Virus record (IMG/VR): IMGVR_UViG_3300045974_000093
Location: 1-34,437 of that record
DNA: 34,437 nucleotides
Strand: one strand, 5' to 3'
Source: a virus
The position numbers and the translations under genes are program-made. This document shows positions 7,085 through 16,722 of the stretch, in pieces (positions within the stretch are counted from its first letter, which is position 1; the number at the start of each line of letters is the position of its first letter). The notes under the pieces are model-generated. The model had not been told where the DNA came from and ran no database searches. It saw nothing but the letters and a program-made list of their open reading frames with translations.

Positions 7085-7334
7085 TTTCATCTTCATCATC
7101 AAAGTTAAAGGATTTTTCAAGCATTTCTGTTTTTTTCTTCCAGAAATTACCCTTGTTTATGTTTGCTCGGATGAGGAAGCAACATGCAATGATACCGAAG
7201 AATACCGAAACTGCGCCTAACACTTGGTTAATCAATCCAATGTTCGTGAAGAACGCGGTTAATATTGTCGCTATTACTGTCCCGACTGTCGTTCCCGTAG
7301 CGTCTTGAACCTGTTCCATACTTTCTTTTAGCAT
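7077..7334 (-). CDS. Holin (class II-like, two TM, charged C-terminus)
   Basis: TVGTVIATILTAFFTNIGLI and VLGAVSVFFGIIACCFLI, followed by the charged tail KKKTEMLEKSFNFDDEDENG. Position is within the lysis cassette. Confidence 0.6.
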   Translation of the reverse strand: MLKESMEQVQDATGTTVGTVIATILTAFFTNIGLINQVLGAVSVFFGIIACCFLIRANINKGNFWKKKTEMLEKSFNFDDEDENG

Positions 7335-7756
7335 TTTGGTGCCTCGCCTTTTGTATTCTTTCCCAAGCTAGCGATATCAATGCTACAAAGACCGCGCATG
7401 TCAAAATAAGCCGTAGTATTTCGATCATCGTCTATCCAAATTAGTCGAACGATGAGCGCAGCATCTAAAGCGTAGATCATCGCATTATAAGCAACTGGAG
7501 AAAAATAACATTCATATAAAACCCAACCCACATACTGTATAAGTAAATTTGCAAAGCATATTTTTTGCAAGTCACTAATAAAATTAGTATTACGCACACT
7601 TGGCAAAACCATGATGCAAATAAAATTAAACACCGCAGCCACAACAAAATACCAATAGCTTCTAATGTCTTTTAAAACAAAAAAAGATACTAGTTCTATT
7701 GTGGCTAAGAAAAATGCGGCTATTAACCGCATTTGCCAATGCTTAAACTGGCTCAT
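7328..7756 (-). CDS. Polytopic membrane protein (142 aa, about 4 TM), function unknown
   Basis: Four hydrophobic stretches. Located between the tailspike and the holin genes. Confidence 0.5.
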   Translation of the reverse strand: MSQFKHWQMRLIAAFFLATIELVSFFVLKDIRSYWYFVVAAVFNFICIMVLPSVRNTNFISDLQKICFANLLIQYVGWVLYECYFSPVAYNAMIYALDAALIVRLIWIDDDRNTTAYFDMRGLCSIDIASLGKNTKGEAPKC

Positions 7757-7851
7757 TTTTTCTTTGACTTGCGAAAACCGCTTGGTGGTGGCGGTGGTGG
7801 TGGCGGTTTAGTCGGGCCATCTCCACCGATGGTTAGTTTATATTTTAACAT
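7753..7851 (-). CDS. Possible 32-aa micro-ORF with an octa-proline run
   Basis: AAAGG lies 5 nt upstream of the ATG (7849-7851). Translation: MLKYKLTIGGDGPTKPPPPPPPPSGFRKSKKK. Its stop forms an ATGA overlap with the start of 7328-7756. Confidence 0.25.
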   Translation of the reverse strand: MLKYKLTIGGDGPTKPPPPPPPPSGFRKSKKK

Positions 7852-7902
7852 TTTTACCTTTCAAAGTTAGCTACATTTTACAACAAAACATCCATTTATT
7901 AA

Positions 7903-9813
7903 TTATGAATAAATGCTTAAAAACATATTACATTGCACACTAGCCGTAGTAAAAGTCAAAGTAAGTCCATCAGCGTCAAAAGCACATGTTGCAGAATTGG
8001 TAATCACATTTGCAGGAGTTCTAGTCTGTAATACTTGTCCGCCTACTGCGCTACATGTATATCCTGCTGCTGCTGCAGTTGTATATGTGCATAGTTGTGT
8101 TGCGCCATCGTATGAGCCAAGGCTTGTAATTACCGATGTACTGCCACCTATTACCGCTTCAATTTGTACTGCTGTTGGTCTAAATCCTAGCCCCGTAATC
8201 GCCAAAGTACCAGGGGCAGCTAGTCCTGCTTGGTTATATCTTACAAAAGCAGGTTGAATTTTCCCGTTTGACAAAATATTGCTGCGAATAACGCAATCAG
8301 AGCCCCAAAATCCGGTATCCCATCTAAATGTACCGACGCCCTCTTGAAAGAAATTATTATTTGAAATTGTAATTTGCGAAGGAGTGCCGCCGCTAAATTG
8401 ATAACCTTGAATTGCATATTTTTGAGTTTTAGTCCCTTGCAAGTCATAAATAAAATTATCGTGAATATCAATAAGAGAAGGCGCAACACCAGAAGATAGA
8501 CCAGAAGAAAAAGGATTTGAGATCATCGCAATACCTGCTGAAACTGGGTAAGCAACGGTATCAATGCCGTTTTCGTGAATTCGATTTCCTTTTACTTCTA
8601 CGCGTTGGCAGTCACCCAGCACAATTCCGTCTTTTGCGCATCGAGAAATATCATTATCCGCAATAACAATATTTGTCCCCCAAATTTCTAGACCCGCAGC
8701 GGCTACAGTTTTCATCGTCGTGCCGTTTATACGATTATCTTTGATAGAAATATTTGTCCCATCAGGGTTCATATAAAGTGTAGATTCGTAGTTATTATTG
8801 CAAACGTTCCCATGAAATCTACCGCCATTTGTTGAAAAATAAATTGCAGACCATCGATTGCCTTCAAAAAGGCAACTTAGAACATCAATGTCTTTGCATA
8901 ATGATGTATCTCCTGAGCGCCCTGTCCAAATTGCCGACCCGCCTTCTGTTGTTGCAATTGTTTTTCCTAGCCCCGAAAATTCACACTCACTAATTCTAAA
9001 TGCATTACATCCACCAATTGCTATACCTTGGTATGTATTATTTTTAAACGAGCATCGTTCTATTCGACTTTTTTGCGCTTTAAAAAATGAAACTAATGCT
9101 ATTGTTCTTAAAGTATTACTATTACCATCAAACGATAAATCCTCAATTGCCATTCCAGTATCGTAATAAGTATCAACTGAGCCTGATTGAGTAGCATTTA
9201 TAAGCATTTCTGAAGAAGCTGAAAACCCAGAAGATAATGTAAAGGTCGTAACACCAATACCAAACCCGCGTATTTTTGTTTTACTATAAATTGTAAGTTT
9301 TGACCCGATAAGATAATTTCCAGCAGGAAAAACTAGTTTTTTACCAGTTGCAGCATTTAACGCAGCTTGTACCGCAGAGCTAACATCTATCAACAATGTC
9401 CCAGCTTGAACATCAGCAATTTGTGCCGACGTCATAAACTCGAACACGTTATATTCTTGCCACTCCAAAAGATTTTTAAGCGTAGTCAAAACCGCACTTG
9501 TCGCAGTTCTAAGCCATCCGATTAAAGTAGTACCAGTTGATGACGCAAGAGTTGCAGAATCAGTACGTAGTATCAATTCATCATATCTTGCAGAATCCCC
9601 AGAAGCCGAACCCGCACTTAATCCCGTCAATTTATGGTTTGACATCGGGATGTTAGCCGTTACATTACTTTGACCATCGGTTGCAATTGATGATGTTATT
9701 GCTGTCGATAAGTCGCTTGTTAATGTGTTAAATGTTGCCGAGCTGATTGTCGTCCCGCTTGTAACTGGCTGGCCTGCTGGCAATACATACGTACCTGATC
9801 CGTTTCTTGGCAT
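7903..9813 (-). CDS. Tailspike / tail fibre with right-handed beta-helix (depolymerase-like) body
   Basis: Typical fibre N-terminus MPRNGSGTYVLPAGQPVTSGTTISSATFNTLTSDL...HKLTGLSAGSASGDSARYDE. The central part has repeated beta-helix-like segments (KKLVFPAGNYLIGSKLTIYSKTKIRGFG...; NNTYQGIAIGGCNAF; DNRINGT; GNRIHENG). It is the last structural gene. Confidence 0.8.
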   Translation of the reverse strand: MPRNGSGTYVLPAGQPVTSGTTISSATFNTLTSDLSTAITSSIATDGQSNVTANIPMSNHKLTGLSAGSASGDSARYDELILRTDSATLASSTGTTLIGWLRTATSAVLTTLKNLLEWQEYNVFEFMTSAQIADVQAGTLLIDVSSAVQAALNAATGKKLVFPAGNYLIGSKLTIYSKTKIRGFGIGVTTFTLSSGFSASSEMLINATQSGSVDTYYDTGMAIEDLSFDGNSNTLRTIALVSFFKAQKSRIERCSFKNNTYQGIAIGGCNAFRISECEFSGLGKTIATTEGGSAIWTGRSGDTSLCKDIDVLSCLFEGNRWSAIYFSTNGGRFHGNVCNNNYESTLYMNPDGTNISIKDNRINGTTMKTVAAAGLEIWGTNIVIADNDISRCAKDGIVLGDCQRVEVKGNRIHENGIDTVAYPVSAGIAMISNPFSSGLSSGVAPSLIDIHDNFIYDLQGTKTQKYAIQGYQFSGGTPSQITISNNNFFQEGVGTFRWDTGFWGSDCVIRSNILSNGKIQPAFVRYNQAGLAAPGTLAITGLGFRPTAVQIEAVIGGSTSVITSLGSYDGATQLCTYTTAAAAGYTCSAVGGQVLQTRTPANVITNSATCAFDADGLTLTFTTASVQCNMFLSIYS

Positions 9814-9822
9814 GATAATCCC

Positions 9823-11763
9823 TTAGTTTGTAAAGTCTTGCAAATTCAAAGTTGGTTGAATCCCTGCGCGTATTAAATTACTTAGTTCTAATGCTTTTTT
9901 CATTCTTGCGTCTGCATCAAGTGATTTTTGTACCGCTTTTGAAGCCATAGCAGGATTTGCCAATACTTCAGCCAATTTTGCTTTTGTTGCTTCGTCTGCG
10001 TTTTTGTACAGATAATTACCTGCGGATTTAACCGCCCCACCTAATCCTGATTCTGAAATAAAGTTAGGTATTCCCGCCTTATTCATAAGCCCTTGCATTG
10101 CAAAATGCTGCCAAGTATCAGAGCCAGAAGGCTTGCCACCAGTAATGCCTTTTGCAATCATTCGAGCATCTTCAGCCACACCTTGCAGTTTTGCCATTTG
10201 CTCAGGTGTCATTATGTTTTCAAGTTTGGAATTTTTTAAGCCCGTTACGTTTTGCGCTAATTGATCGCCATTTTGTAACGCCCGAGCATAAGCATCTGCG
10301 CTTAATTTAAACGGTGCATTACCACCCGCGTCAGAGAGAGCAGGCACTAACTTGCTATAAAGTTCTTGGCCTATGTCTATCTGATTGACAGGCTTCATAT
10401 TCTCCACATGTGCAAGCCGTGCTTTTTGGTACGCTTCAGGCATTAAATCAAGCAATTGCCCACGAGTAGCTTTAATTGCGTTGGATTCAGTTTTAGCGAT
10501 TCCAAGTGTAGGGTCGCTTAAAAGTGCATCCATTCCCATTTTTATGGTATGCATTCCGCTAACTGGAACCGATTCAACGGGAGGCACTTCAAACGTAGAT
10601 GGGGCGCCTTTTGTTACAATAGCTTCTTCAGCAGGCGCTACATTGTTATAAGGGTTAAATTTTCCTTGAACTCTACTTACTTTATCTGGCGAATTAACTG
10701 TTAAATATTTAGGCAATAAATCCTCAATATTCACAGGTGGATTCATCCCAATTTCTTTTGCAAGATTCTTTGCTCGCTCAGCGGAAGAAATCATTGACGG
10801 ACGTCTTGCTAAATTAGTCAATTCAGGCGTCACAGGCATGTGTTCCGCATTTGCTAAAGTATATAAGTCTTTAGCTTTTGCATCTACTGCCGCTTGTGCG
10901 ATTGCTCTTTCTTCGGGATTCTTTGCTATATCAGCTAATGCCCCTGCTAAAGCATTTCTTTGCGCTTGGTCTTGAAACATTTCAGGATGAACAGATTTTA
11001 CAGACCTCTCAATTGATTGCATTTTAGGGTTTGTCGTAGCCTGACCGACAGAAGGCATAAATCCTTCAGTTTTTCCCGTGTTTGTAGATAGTTCTTGCAA
11101 AAAATCAGGTACTTTATAAGGTTCAATTTGGCTTTTAATAAAATCACCAACAATTCCTAGCCTTCCGCTATCAGAAAAAGGCTGTACTAGTCCTTTTGCA
11201 GCACCCAATGCTTTACCAGCGCCACCAACAACGTAAGTTAGTGGGTTCGTATATTTTGATGCTGTACTCAATGCATCAGCTAATTGACTAGCTTTGCTTA
11301 TATTACCGACTTCGCCAACTTTTCCAACTAATCCAGCGCCACCAGATAAAACCGTAGAAAGGTCACCCAAAACAGCGGCAGGGTCATTGGCTAAATGCTC
11401 TTTAAATCCTTCTACGCTTCCATAATTTTGTTTATATTGATTATTTACAATATTAGCGACTTTTTCAGAACGTCCATAGGCGTCTGGATTTGGGTCGATA
11501 CTTTTTAAAGTAGATACCACAGATTCAGGAAGAACCTTATTAACTTCGCCAGCTGCTAAATCTAATATAGAGCCAGTCGTATTAATTGGATGAGCTAAAG
11601 CCGAACCAATACCACTAACAAGGCCATAAACACTTTTAGGCAGATTCCCCGCAGATTCCAATGCAATGCCACCCCATGTCTTAGGCTCTTTCTTTGCGGC
11701 AGGCTTAGCTGTAGAAAGATCGAACCCCTCAACTGGTTTTGCGGTTTCAAGGTCAAATCCCAT
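9823..11763 (-). CDS. Internal virion / DNA-ejection protein (646 aa; gp16-equivalent position)
   Basis: Position in a T7-like order directly upstream of the tailspike. Ala/Gly-rich and helical. TAATG 1-nt overlap with the upstream gene. Confidence 0.55.
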   Translation of the reverse strand: MGFDLETAKPVEGFDLSTAKPAAKKEPKTWGGIALESAGNLPKSVYGLVSGIGSALAHPINTTGSILDLAAGEVNKVLPESVVSTLKSIDPNPDAYGRSEKVANIVNNQYKQNYGSVEGFKEHLANDPAAVLGDLSTVLSGGAGLVGKVGEVGNISKASQLADALSTASKYTNPLTYVVGGAGKALGAAKGLVQPFSDSGRLGIVGDFIKSQIEPYKVPDFLQELSTNTGKTEGFMPSVGQATTNPKMQSIERSVKSVHPEMFQDQAQRNALAGALADIAKNPEERAIAQAAVDAKAKDLYTLANAEHMPVTPELTNLARRPSMISSAERAKNLAKEIGMNPPVNIEDLLPKYLTVNSPDKVSRVQGKFNPYNNVAPAEEAIVTKGAPSTFEVPPVESVPVSGMHTIKMGMDALLSDPTLGIAKTESNAIKATRGQLLDLMPEAYQKARLAHVENMKPVNQIDIGQELYSKLVPALSDAGGNAPFKLSADAYARALQNGDQLAQNVTGLKNSKLENIMTPEQMAKLQGVAEDARMIAKGITGGKPSGSDTWQHFAMQGLMNKAGIPNFISESGLGGAVKSAGNYLYKNADEATKAKLAEVLANPAMASKAVQKSLDADARMKKALELSNLIRAGIQPTLNLQDFTN

Positions 11764-13463
11764 TATTTCACCTCTTGAAATTGTTTTCCGTCTGGGCTTA
11801 CATAGGCTCTATTGCCTTTTGCGTCTGTGTGCAATATCCAGCCTTGATTGTTTTTAGGTGGAACATTAGCCGTAGATTTTATTGATTGATCTTCGTATTT
11901 AGGCGCATTCACTTTCAAATCGAAAGGAAATTTTGCACCGCCTTGGCTTGCGGATTCAATGTCTCGATTATGCAAATCAATAACTTTGTGCGCCATCTGA
12001 TCGCGCCAATCCAGAATCTTATCAAGTGCTTTAGGGTCTTTCCCAATTGTCCCCATGATCGCATCGAGGCGTTTTGCATCTGAATCTGTCGGATTTACCC
12101 CAAGTTTTTTAGCATTGTCTAAAATGCCTTTGCCTAGTGTAGATCTTAAATAGTCAGTTTGTGACGCTTTGTTAGAATCAATATCTATTCCTAAACTAGA
12201 CGCGATTTTTACTGCATCCGTTTTTGTATCTGCGCCAAATCCTTGATAAGCGCCTGATTTAATCGCGGCTCGACTTTCATTAATTGCGTTTAGTTCGTCA
12301 ACCGCTGATCGAGCCTTGTCTCTGCTATCCAATAAGTTTTGAGCGCCACCTTCATTCACTTTTTTAGCAAATGCTTGAGCGCCTTCATCTTGCAATTCAA
12401 TTCCTTTTCCTGAGCCGCCAGTTTTATTTAAATCAACTGAGCCTACAATTCTTCTGCCATTTGGCAATTGAAAATTGACGTCAAATTTGCCATTTCCAGC
12501 TTTTGCACTTTGCAAGATTGAATTTCGTACATTTTCAGGCAATTGAGACAAAACATCCTGACCTTGGTATTGTTGCGTACCTTGCTGTCCACCAGTAGCT
12601 AAATCTCTAGCTTGGGCTTTAGTCATCATCATTTTACCGCTAGGCGTATCAACAACGGTCATTTCTTGACCTGCTTGCGCACTTGCTACAGCGCCAGCTT
12701 TTGCGCCTTCAATCGATGCGTTTGCATTTGAATAATTTGGCAAGACAGAAACCTGACCATCTTGCAAAGTCATGCCTTCAGGAAGTTTAGGCTGGAACCT
12801 TTCGACACCCGTCGCCAAATCTTTTGTAGTAGTGCCTGGCTGAAATTCAATCATGCCGCGTTTTTTAGCTTCTGCAATGCCCAACCGTCCCATTTCATAA
12901 GGGTCTTGACCTTTTGCAAGCATATCCCTTTGTTCTGTAGTCATTGTTAAAGCATTCTCAGCAAGTTTATTGCCTAACTCTTGATTGCCAGCCAGCCATG
13001 CAGCCATTGCTTGACGTTTTACAGTATCAACGGGGCTTGAAGGTGTAGGGGTTTGAGCTGTGGGGGTTACATTTCTTTCAGTTAAAGCCTGATCGCCTGT
13101 AAAACTTGTTTGTGGTTGTTGTGCTTGCGCAGGTTGTGAGCCGCCCAGTCCAAGCATTGAGCTAAACGCATCAGTTTTTTGTTTTTGTAGAGCCTGCCCA
13201 AGTTGCAAATTCTTTTGGTCAATATCGCCCTGCATTTGATTGCCGAAGTATGCTTGACCAATTTTCGCCAATGCTTCAAAAGGCGATTTTTTAACCGTCC
13301 AACCGCCAACCATTTGAGTTCCGCCATCTTGCTGTAATGCTTGTTGTTTCAGCATATCTGCAAGTTGCTGCTGTCTCATTAATTGTGTTTGCTGAACTGC
13401 CAAATCAGGTGCAATCATTTGCATACTTTGCGGCACTTGTGCAGAAGTAAAAGGATTAGCCAT
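11763..13463 (-). CDS. Internal virion / DNA-ejection protein (566 aa; gp15-equivalent position)
   Basis: Gln-rich N-terminus (QQTQLMRQQQLADMLKQQALQQ). Its position and 1-nt overlaps on both sides indicate coupled translation with its neighbours. Confidence 0.55.
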   Translation of the reverse strand: MANPFTSAQVPQSMQMIAPDLAVQQTQLMRQQQLADMLKQQALQQDGGTQMVGGWTVKKSPFEALAKIGQAYFGNQMQGDIDQKNLQLGQALQKQKTDAFSSMLGLGGSQPAQAQQPQTSFTGDQALTERNVTPTAQTPTPSSPVDTVKRQAMAAWLAGNQELGNKLAENALTMTTEQRDMLAKGQDPYEMGRLGIAEAKKRGMIEFQPGTTTKDLATGVERFQPKLPEGMTLQDGQVSVLPNYSNANASIEGAKAGAVASAQAGQEMTVVDTPSGKMMMTKAQARDLATGGQQGTQQYQGQDVLSQLPENVRNSILQSAKAGNGKFDVNFQLPNGRRIVGSVDLNKTGGSGKGIELQDEGAQAFAKKVNEGGAQNLLDSRDKARSAVDELNAINESRAAIKSGAYQGFGADTKTDAVKIASSLGIDIDSNKASQTDYLRSTLGKGILDNAKKLGVNPTDSDAKRLDAIMGTIGKDPKALDKILDWRDQMAHKVIDLHNRDIESASQGGAKFPFDLKVNAPKYEDQSIKSTANVPPKNNQGWILHTDAKGNRAYVSPDGKQFQEVK

Positions 13464-14458
13464 TATAGCGCCCCTATATCGATCATCTTGTAGCCTGACT
13501 CGTGAGTATGAACGGCCTCAGGCTTAACTTGTTCTAATTCTTGTGCCAATACGCCAATTTCAGGCCTACCAAATTTCTCGTAAGAGTAAATACCAATGCC
13601 TAATTTGTCATGTGTCCCAATTCGTTCAATATTTGTCTTCAATCGAACGTCAGAGAACATTGCCATTCCTGCCAAATTTGCACCAGCACCAAGCAATGAA
13701 TTATTTTGTGCGACTTTTGAGTTATACAGCCCCATGTTATACTGATTTTGTCCATTTGCCGCCCCTAACATATCCGCGCCTTGAGTTGTTGCCTGTTGAG
13801 GCGCATTAACAAAACTAGGGTTGGATACTTGTGAACCTGTACGGACAGCATTTAACATGTTCAAAGGTTGATTCTGCAATTGACTCAAAAGTTGGAATTG
13901 CTGATTTTGCGCATTTTGACCAACATTAATACCGTTCAAAGCTGCCTGAGAGCGCAAATCATTTTCTGACTCATTCTGTGTTCGCATTGCGTTGTTATAC
14001 GCCTCAGAACCGCGCATAATCCCTTGGTTTGCAAGTTGGTTTTCTAGCGCTGCATGAGATTGATCAATTTGAGGTTGAAAACGAGCCATTAAAGCATCTT
14101 GCCCTGTTTGGCCTGCGTTCACCATCGATTTTGGCAAATTTGCCATTGTTAGTTGATTGCCTAGCGCATTTTTTACATATCCTAGCCCTTGATCTGCAAG
14201 GCTAGAAAGGCCCAGGCTTGTTTTATTTTGCTGATCAAGTAATTGCTGTTGCGCAGGACTTAGCGATTGAGTTGCAGTCCACATCGGATTGCCGGACGAA
14301 TCTTTCCCGCTTTCGTTATAAGTCAAAGAGCCATAGGGCGTAATTTGATTAACGCGATTAGCAGCTGCAGCAGCTTTTGCCGCTTCCAAATTGCCTGTTG
14401 CGGTAGCTTGAGCCGCGCCAGCATAATCGGGCGCTGGAGGTGCAGAAGGTGAGCACAT
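13463..14458 (-). CDS. Virion protein with C-terminal S74-type intramolecular chaperone (autoproteolytic) domain
   Basis: The C-terminus SDVRLKTNIERIGTHDKLGIGIYSYEKFGRPEIGVLAQELEQVKPEAVHTHESGYKMIDIGAL matches the Peptidase_S74 signature (SDxRxK ... Y.Y ... G.iAQE...v.PeaV ... vdY). The N-terminal two thirds are Gln/Asn/Ala-rich. Confidence 0.7.
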   Translation of the reverse strand: MCSPSAPPAPDYAGAAQATATGNLEAAKAAAAANRVNQITPYGSLTYNESGKDSSGNPMWTATQSLSPAQQQLLDQQNKTSLGLSSLADQGLGYVKNALGNQLTMANLPKSMVNAGQTGQDALMARFQPQIDQSHAALENQLANQGIMRGSEAYNNAMRTQNESENDLRSQAALNGINVGQNAQNQQFQLLSQLQNQPLNMLNAVRTGSQVSNPSFVNAPQQATTQGADMLGAANGQNQYNMGLYNSKVAQNNSLLGAGANLAGMAMFSDVRLKTNIERIGTHDKLGIGIYSYEKFGRPEIGVLAQELEQVKPEAVHTHESGYKMIDIGAL

Positions 14459-14467
14459 AATAAATTC

Positions 14468-14929
14468 CTATAAAACAAAAGTCATCGAATGCGCTGTGTG
14501 TTTTGCGCCCATTCTTTCCCACAATTTTGCTACGTTTAAATCCGTCATTGCCGATACATTTAACCGTTTAACTCCGCGATTTTTTAACTCATTCATGCCA
14601 AATTGAACAATCTTTTTACCCAAGCCATTTCGATGATTTACGTCAACATAAAGAGCATCTTCAATTGCAATTAAATCTCTATTATGCATGTCGTTAGTTA
14701 TATAAACATTACAATATCCAACCGCGACAGAATCCAACCGCGCTACTATTGTTAATAACCATCCGCCTATGCTTGCTTTTTCGTACTCATCTAATCGAGG
14801 GTTATAATCCGATGTTTCTACACCTTCTGATTTTAACCTTGTTTGCATTTCTTGATAATGCGATAAATATAAATGCTTTAATTCGTCGTAAGTTTCGTGA
14901 AATTTTTCAACAGTAATTGTATATGTCAT
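14468..14929 (-). CDS. GNAT-family N-acetyltransferase
   Basis: Acetyl-CoA motif A region YVDVNHRNGLGKKIVQFGMNELKNRGVKRL (R-x-x-G-x-G) plus the preceding beta strands VAVGYCNVYI. 153 aa is typical of single-domain GNATs. Confidence 0.8.
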   Translation of the reverse strand: MTYTITVEKFHETYDELKHLYLSHYQEMQTRLKSEGVETSDYNPRLDEYEKASIGGWLLTIVARLDSVAVGYCNVYITNDMHNRDLIAIEDALYVDVNHRNGLGKKIVQFGMNELKNRGVKRLNVSAMTDLNVAKLWERMGAKHTAHSMTFVL

Positions 14930-16722
14930 ACCACACCAGCAGGGTCAACAAGGTAATCAGTAGCCGCCCATCTCATACGAATATTTTTTACATATCCTTT
15001 TATGTGAGCAGATAAACAATAACCCATTGCAAAAGCTGTTTGCCAATCTCGTTTTATCGCCAAATCCCCTCCCCATACTCCAGCATCCCATAAAGCGGAA
15101 TCCCACAAAGCAGGGGCAGGGTTAGTCCCTGAAAAACTAGGTACGCCCGTTGGATCGCTTGTATCGTAATCAGCATTGACACCCAAAGTTAATGCGGGGC
15201 TTCCATCAGTTGAAATGATTGGACGAACCATCTTAACCTGTTTTAATTGCGCATTTGCACCGAAATAATTAAACGATTGCTGAGCGTTAAAATTAATATT
15301 GTTCCCGTTATCTGCGTATGTATCCCATGCCTTATAAACTGCATTAGTTGAGCCAAAATAGAGTAAATCGCCATGCAATTCAAACGTATAAGCAGGATAA
15401 CCCGTGAACTGTGACCATGCGCCCGAAATCGTATTCATTACTAACTGATACGAAGAAGTCGTAGCAGACGGAACATTTACAATTAGCATATTCTCTTGCG
15501 GAAAAATTGCTGTTTCCCACCCAAAACTTGCCCCGTATGTAGTCGTATAGTCAGACATCACATGCTGGATTTTATCGGTTAGCATAATTTGCGTATTAAT
15601 CCGAGATGACATCAGAGCCTTAGAAAGTGGCGCTAATCCATCTTTGCAAATAACAAGCAATTCGCCTGCATATTTAGTAATGCACCTACGACCAATAGGA
15701 GAGCCAATCGAATAAATTCCGACTAAAGCCCATGTGGTGGAGCTTGCAGGGTCTGTCCCTTTATAAACCGCTACTTGGCCTTCAGACGTAATAAAAACCG
15801 CATAATCGTCCATGCCATAGCCAGCATCAAGCGACCATGTGCCCATTGCCATGATATAACCGCCAGAAGTAAATAGCGCTGAAAAATCCAATTGTGAAGC
15901 CGCGCCACCGATTGAGCTTGTTGGCATATACCAAACGCTTAATGAATTACTTGGAATAAAAAAGACGCGAGATTTAAAAATATTGACGTTAATAAATGTT
16001 TTAGGGTCAACCCCAGTAATTGCAAAATTAACGGAAGGAGTAACAATCCCCGTTACCGTAGTAACCCCTAGCGCACCAGATAACACGTAAGTAAATGTCG
16101 ATGCGCCTGTTACTGTAATAACGTATGTCCCGTTGTAGCCTGCTGGAGTGAATCCAGAAACAACCACGCTCATTCCTGATTTAAGGTTATGAGGATTTGC
16201 CATTGTTACTGTAGCTAACGTCCCTACGCTAGTAATTGATGTAACAGTAGTATTAAACGCAGCCGAGAACGCATTCCCCCATGCTGAACCGTTATAAATT
16301 AAAGGCGCATCGGAACCGTTCACATTAATCAAAAAATTCCCCCCGCCTGTCCCAAATAGAACATGCTGAAATTTGTCATTCGACAAACCAGAGACGGAGG
16401 GAGAAGAGACTGCGCCCTGACTTGTAATGTCATAGACAGCAGTACCGGAGAAAGCAAAAAACTTTAATGAGCCACTAGGCGGAGAATATGAAGCGATTGT
16501 ATTTACATTGGAAGGCAATCCAGTTGCCCATGCGCTGTACCCGTAGCGGACTTGCACATCATAAGGGGTGCAGAAAAAGTCGTTAAGAATGACCGCATCT
16601 GTTGGTTTCATCTCCGCAATAGGATCACGAGCATTCCACCCGCCAACCGGAGAAGAAACAGAAAGAGTTTTAGATATTTGACCGCGATTAATTCGCCTTT
16701 GAGCTTGCCTCATGTTCCCCAA
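14926..16722 (-). CDS. Tail tubular protein B-like (nozzle) protein
   Basis: 598 aa and beta-rich. Assigned by position after the A-like gene in a T7-type order, and by the N-terminus RINRGQISKTLSVSSPVGGWNARDPIAEMKPTDAVILNDFF, which is typical of podovirus nozzle proteins (recalled, not searched). Confidence 0.55.
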   Translation of the reverse strand: MGNMRQAQRRINRGQISKTLSVSSPVGGWNARDPIAEMKPTDAVILNDFFCTPYDVQVRYGYSAWATGLPSNVNTIASYSPPSGSLKFFAFSGTAVYDITSQGAVSSPSVSGLSNDKFQHVLFGTGGGNFLINVNGSDAPLIYNGSAWGNAFSAAFNTTVTSITSVGTLATVTMANPHNLKSGMSVVVSGFTPAGYNGTYVITVTGASTFTYVLSGALGVTTVTGIVTPSVNFAITGVDPKTFINVNIFKSRVFFIPSNSLSVWYMPTSSIGGAASQLDFSALFTSGGYIMAMGTWSLDAGYGMDDYAVFITSEGQVAVYKGTDPASSTTWALVGIYSIGSPIGRRCITKYAGELLVICKDGLAPLSKALMSSRINTQIMLTDKIQHVMSDYTTTYGASFGWETAIFPQENMLIVNVPSATTSSYQLVMNTISGAWSQFTGYPAYTFELHGDLLYFGSTNAVYKAWDTYADNGNNINFNAQQSFNYFGANAQLKQVKMVRPIISTDGSPALTLGVNADYDTSDPTGVPSFSGTNPAPALWDSALWDAGVWGGDLAIKRDWQTAFAMGYCLSAHIKGYVKNIRMRWAATDYLVDPAGVV

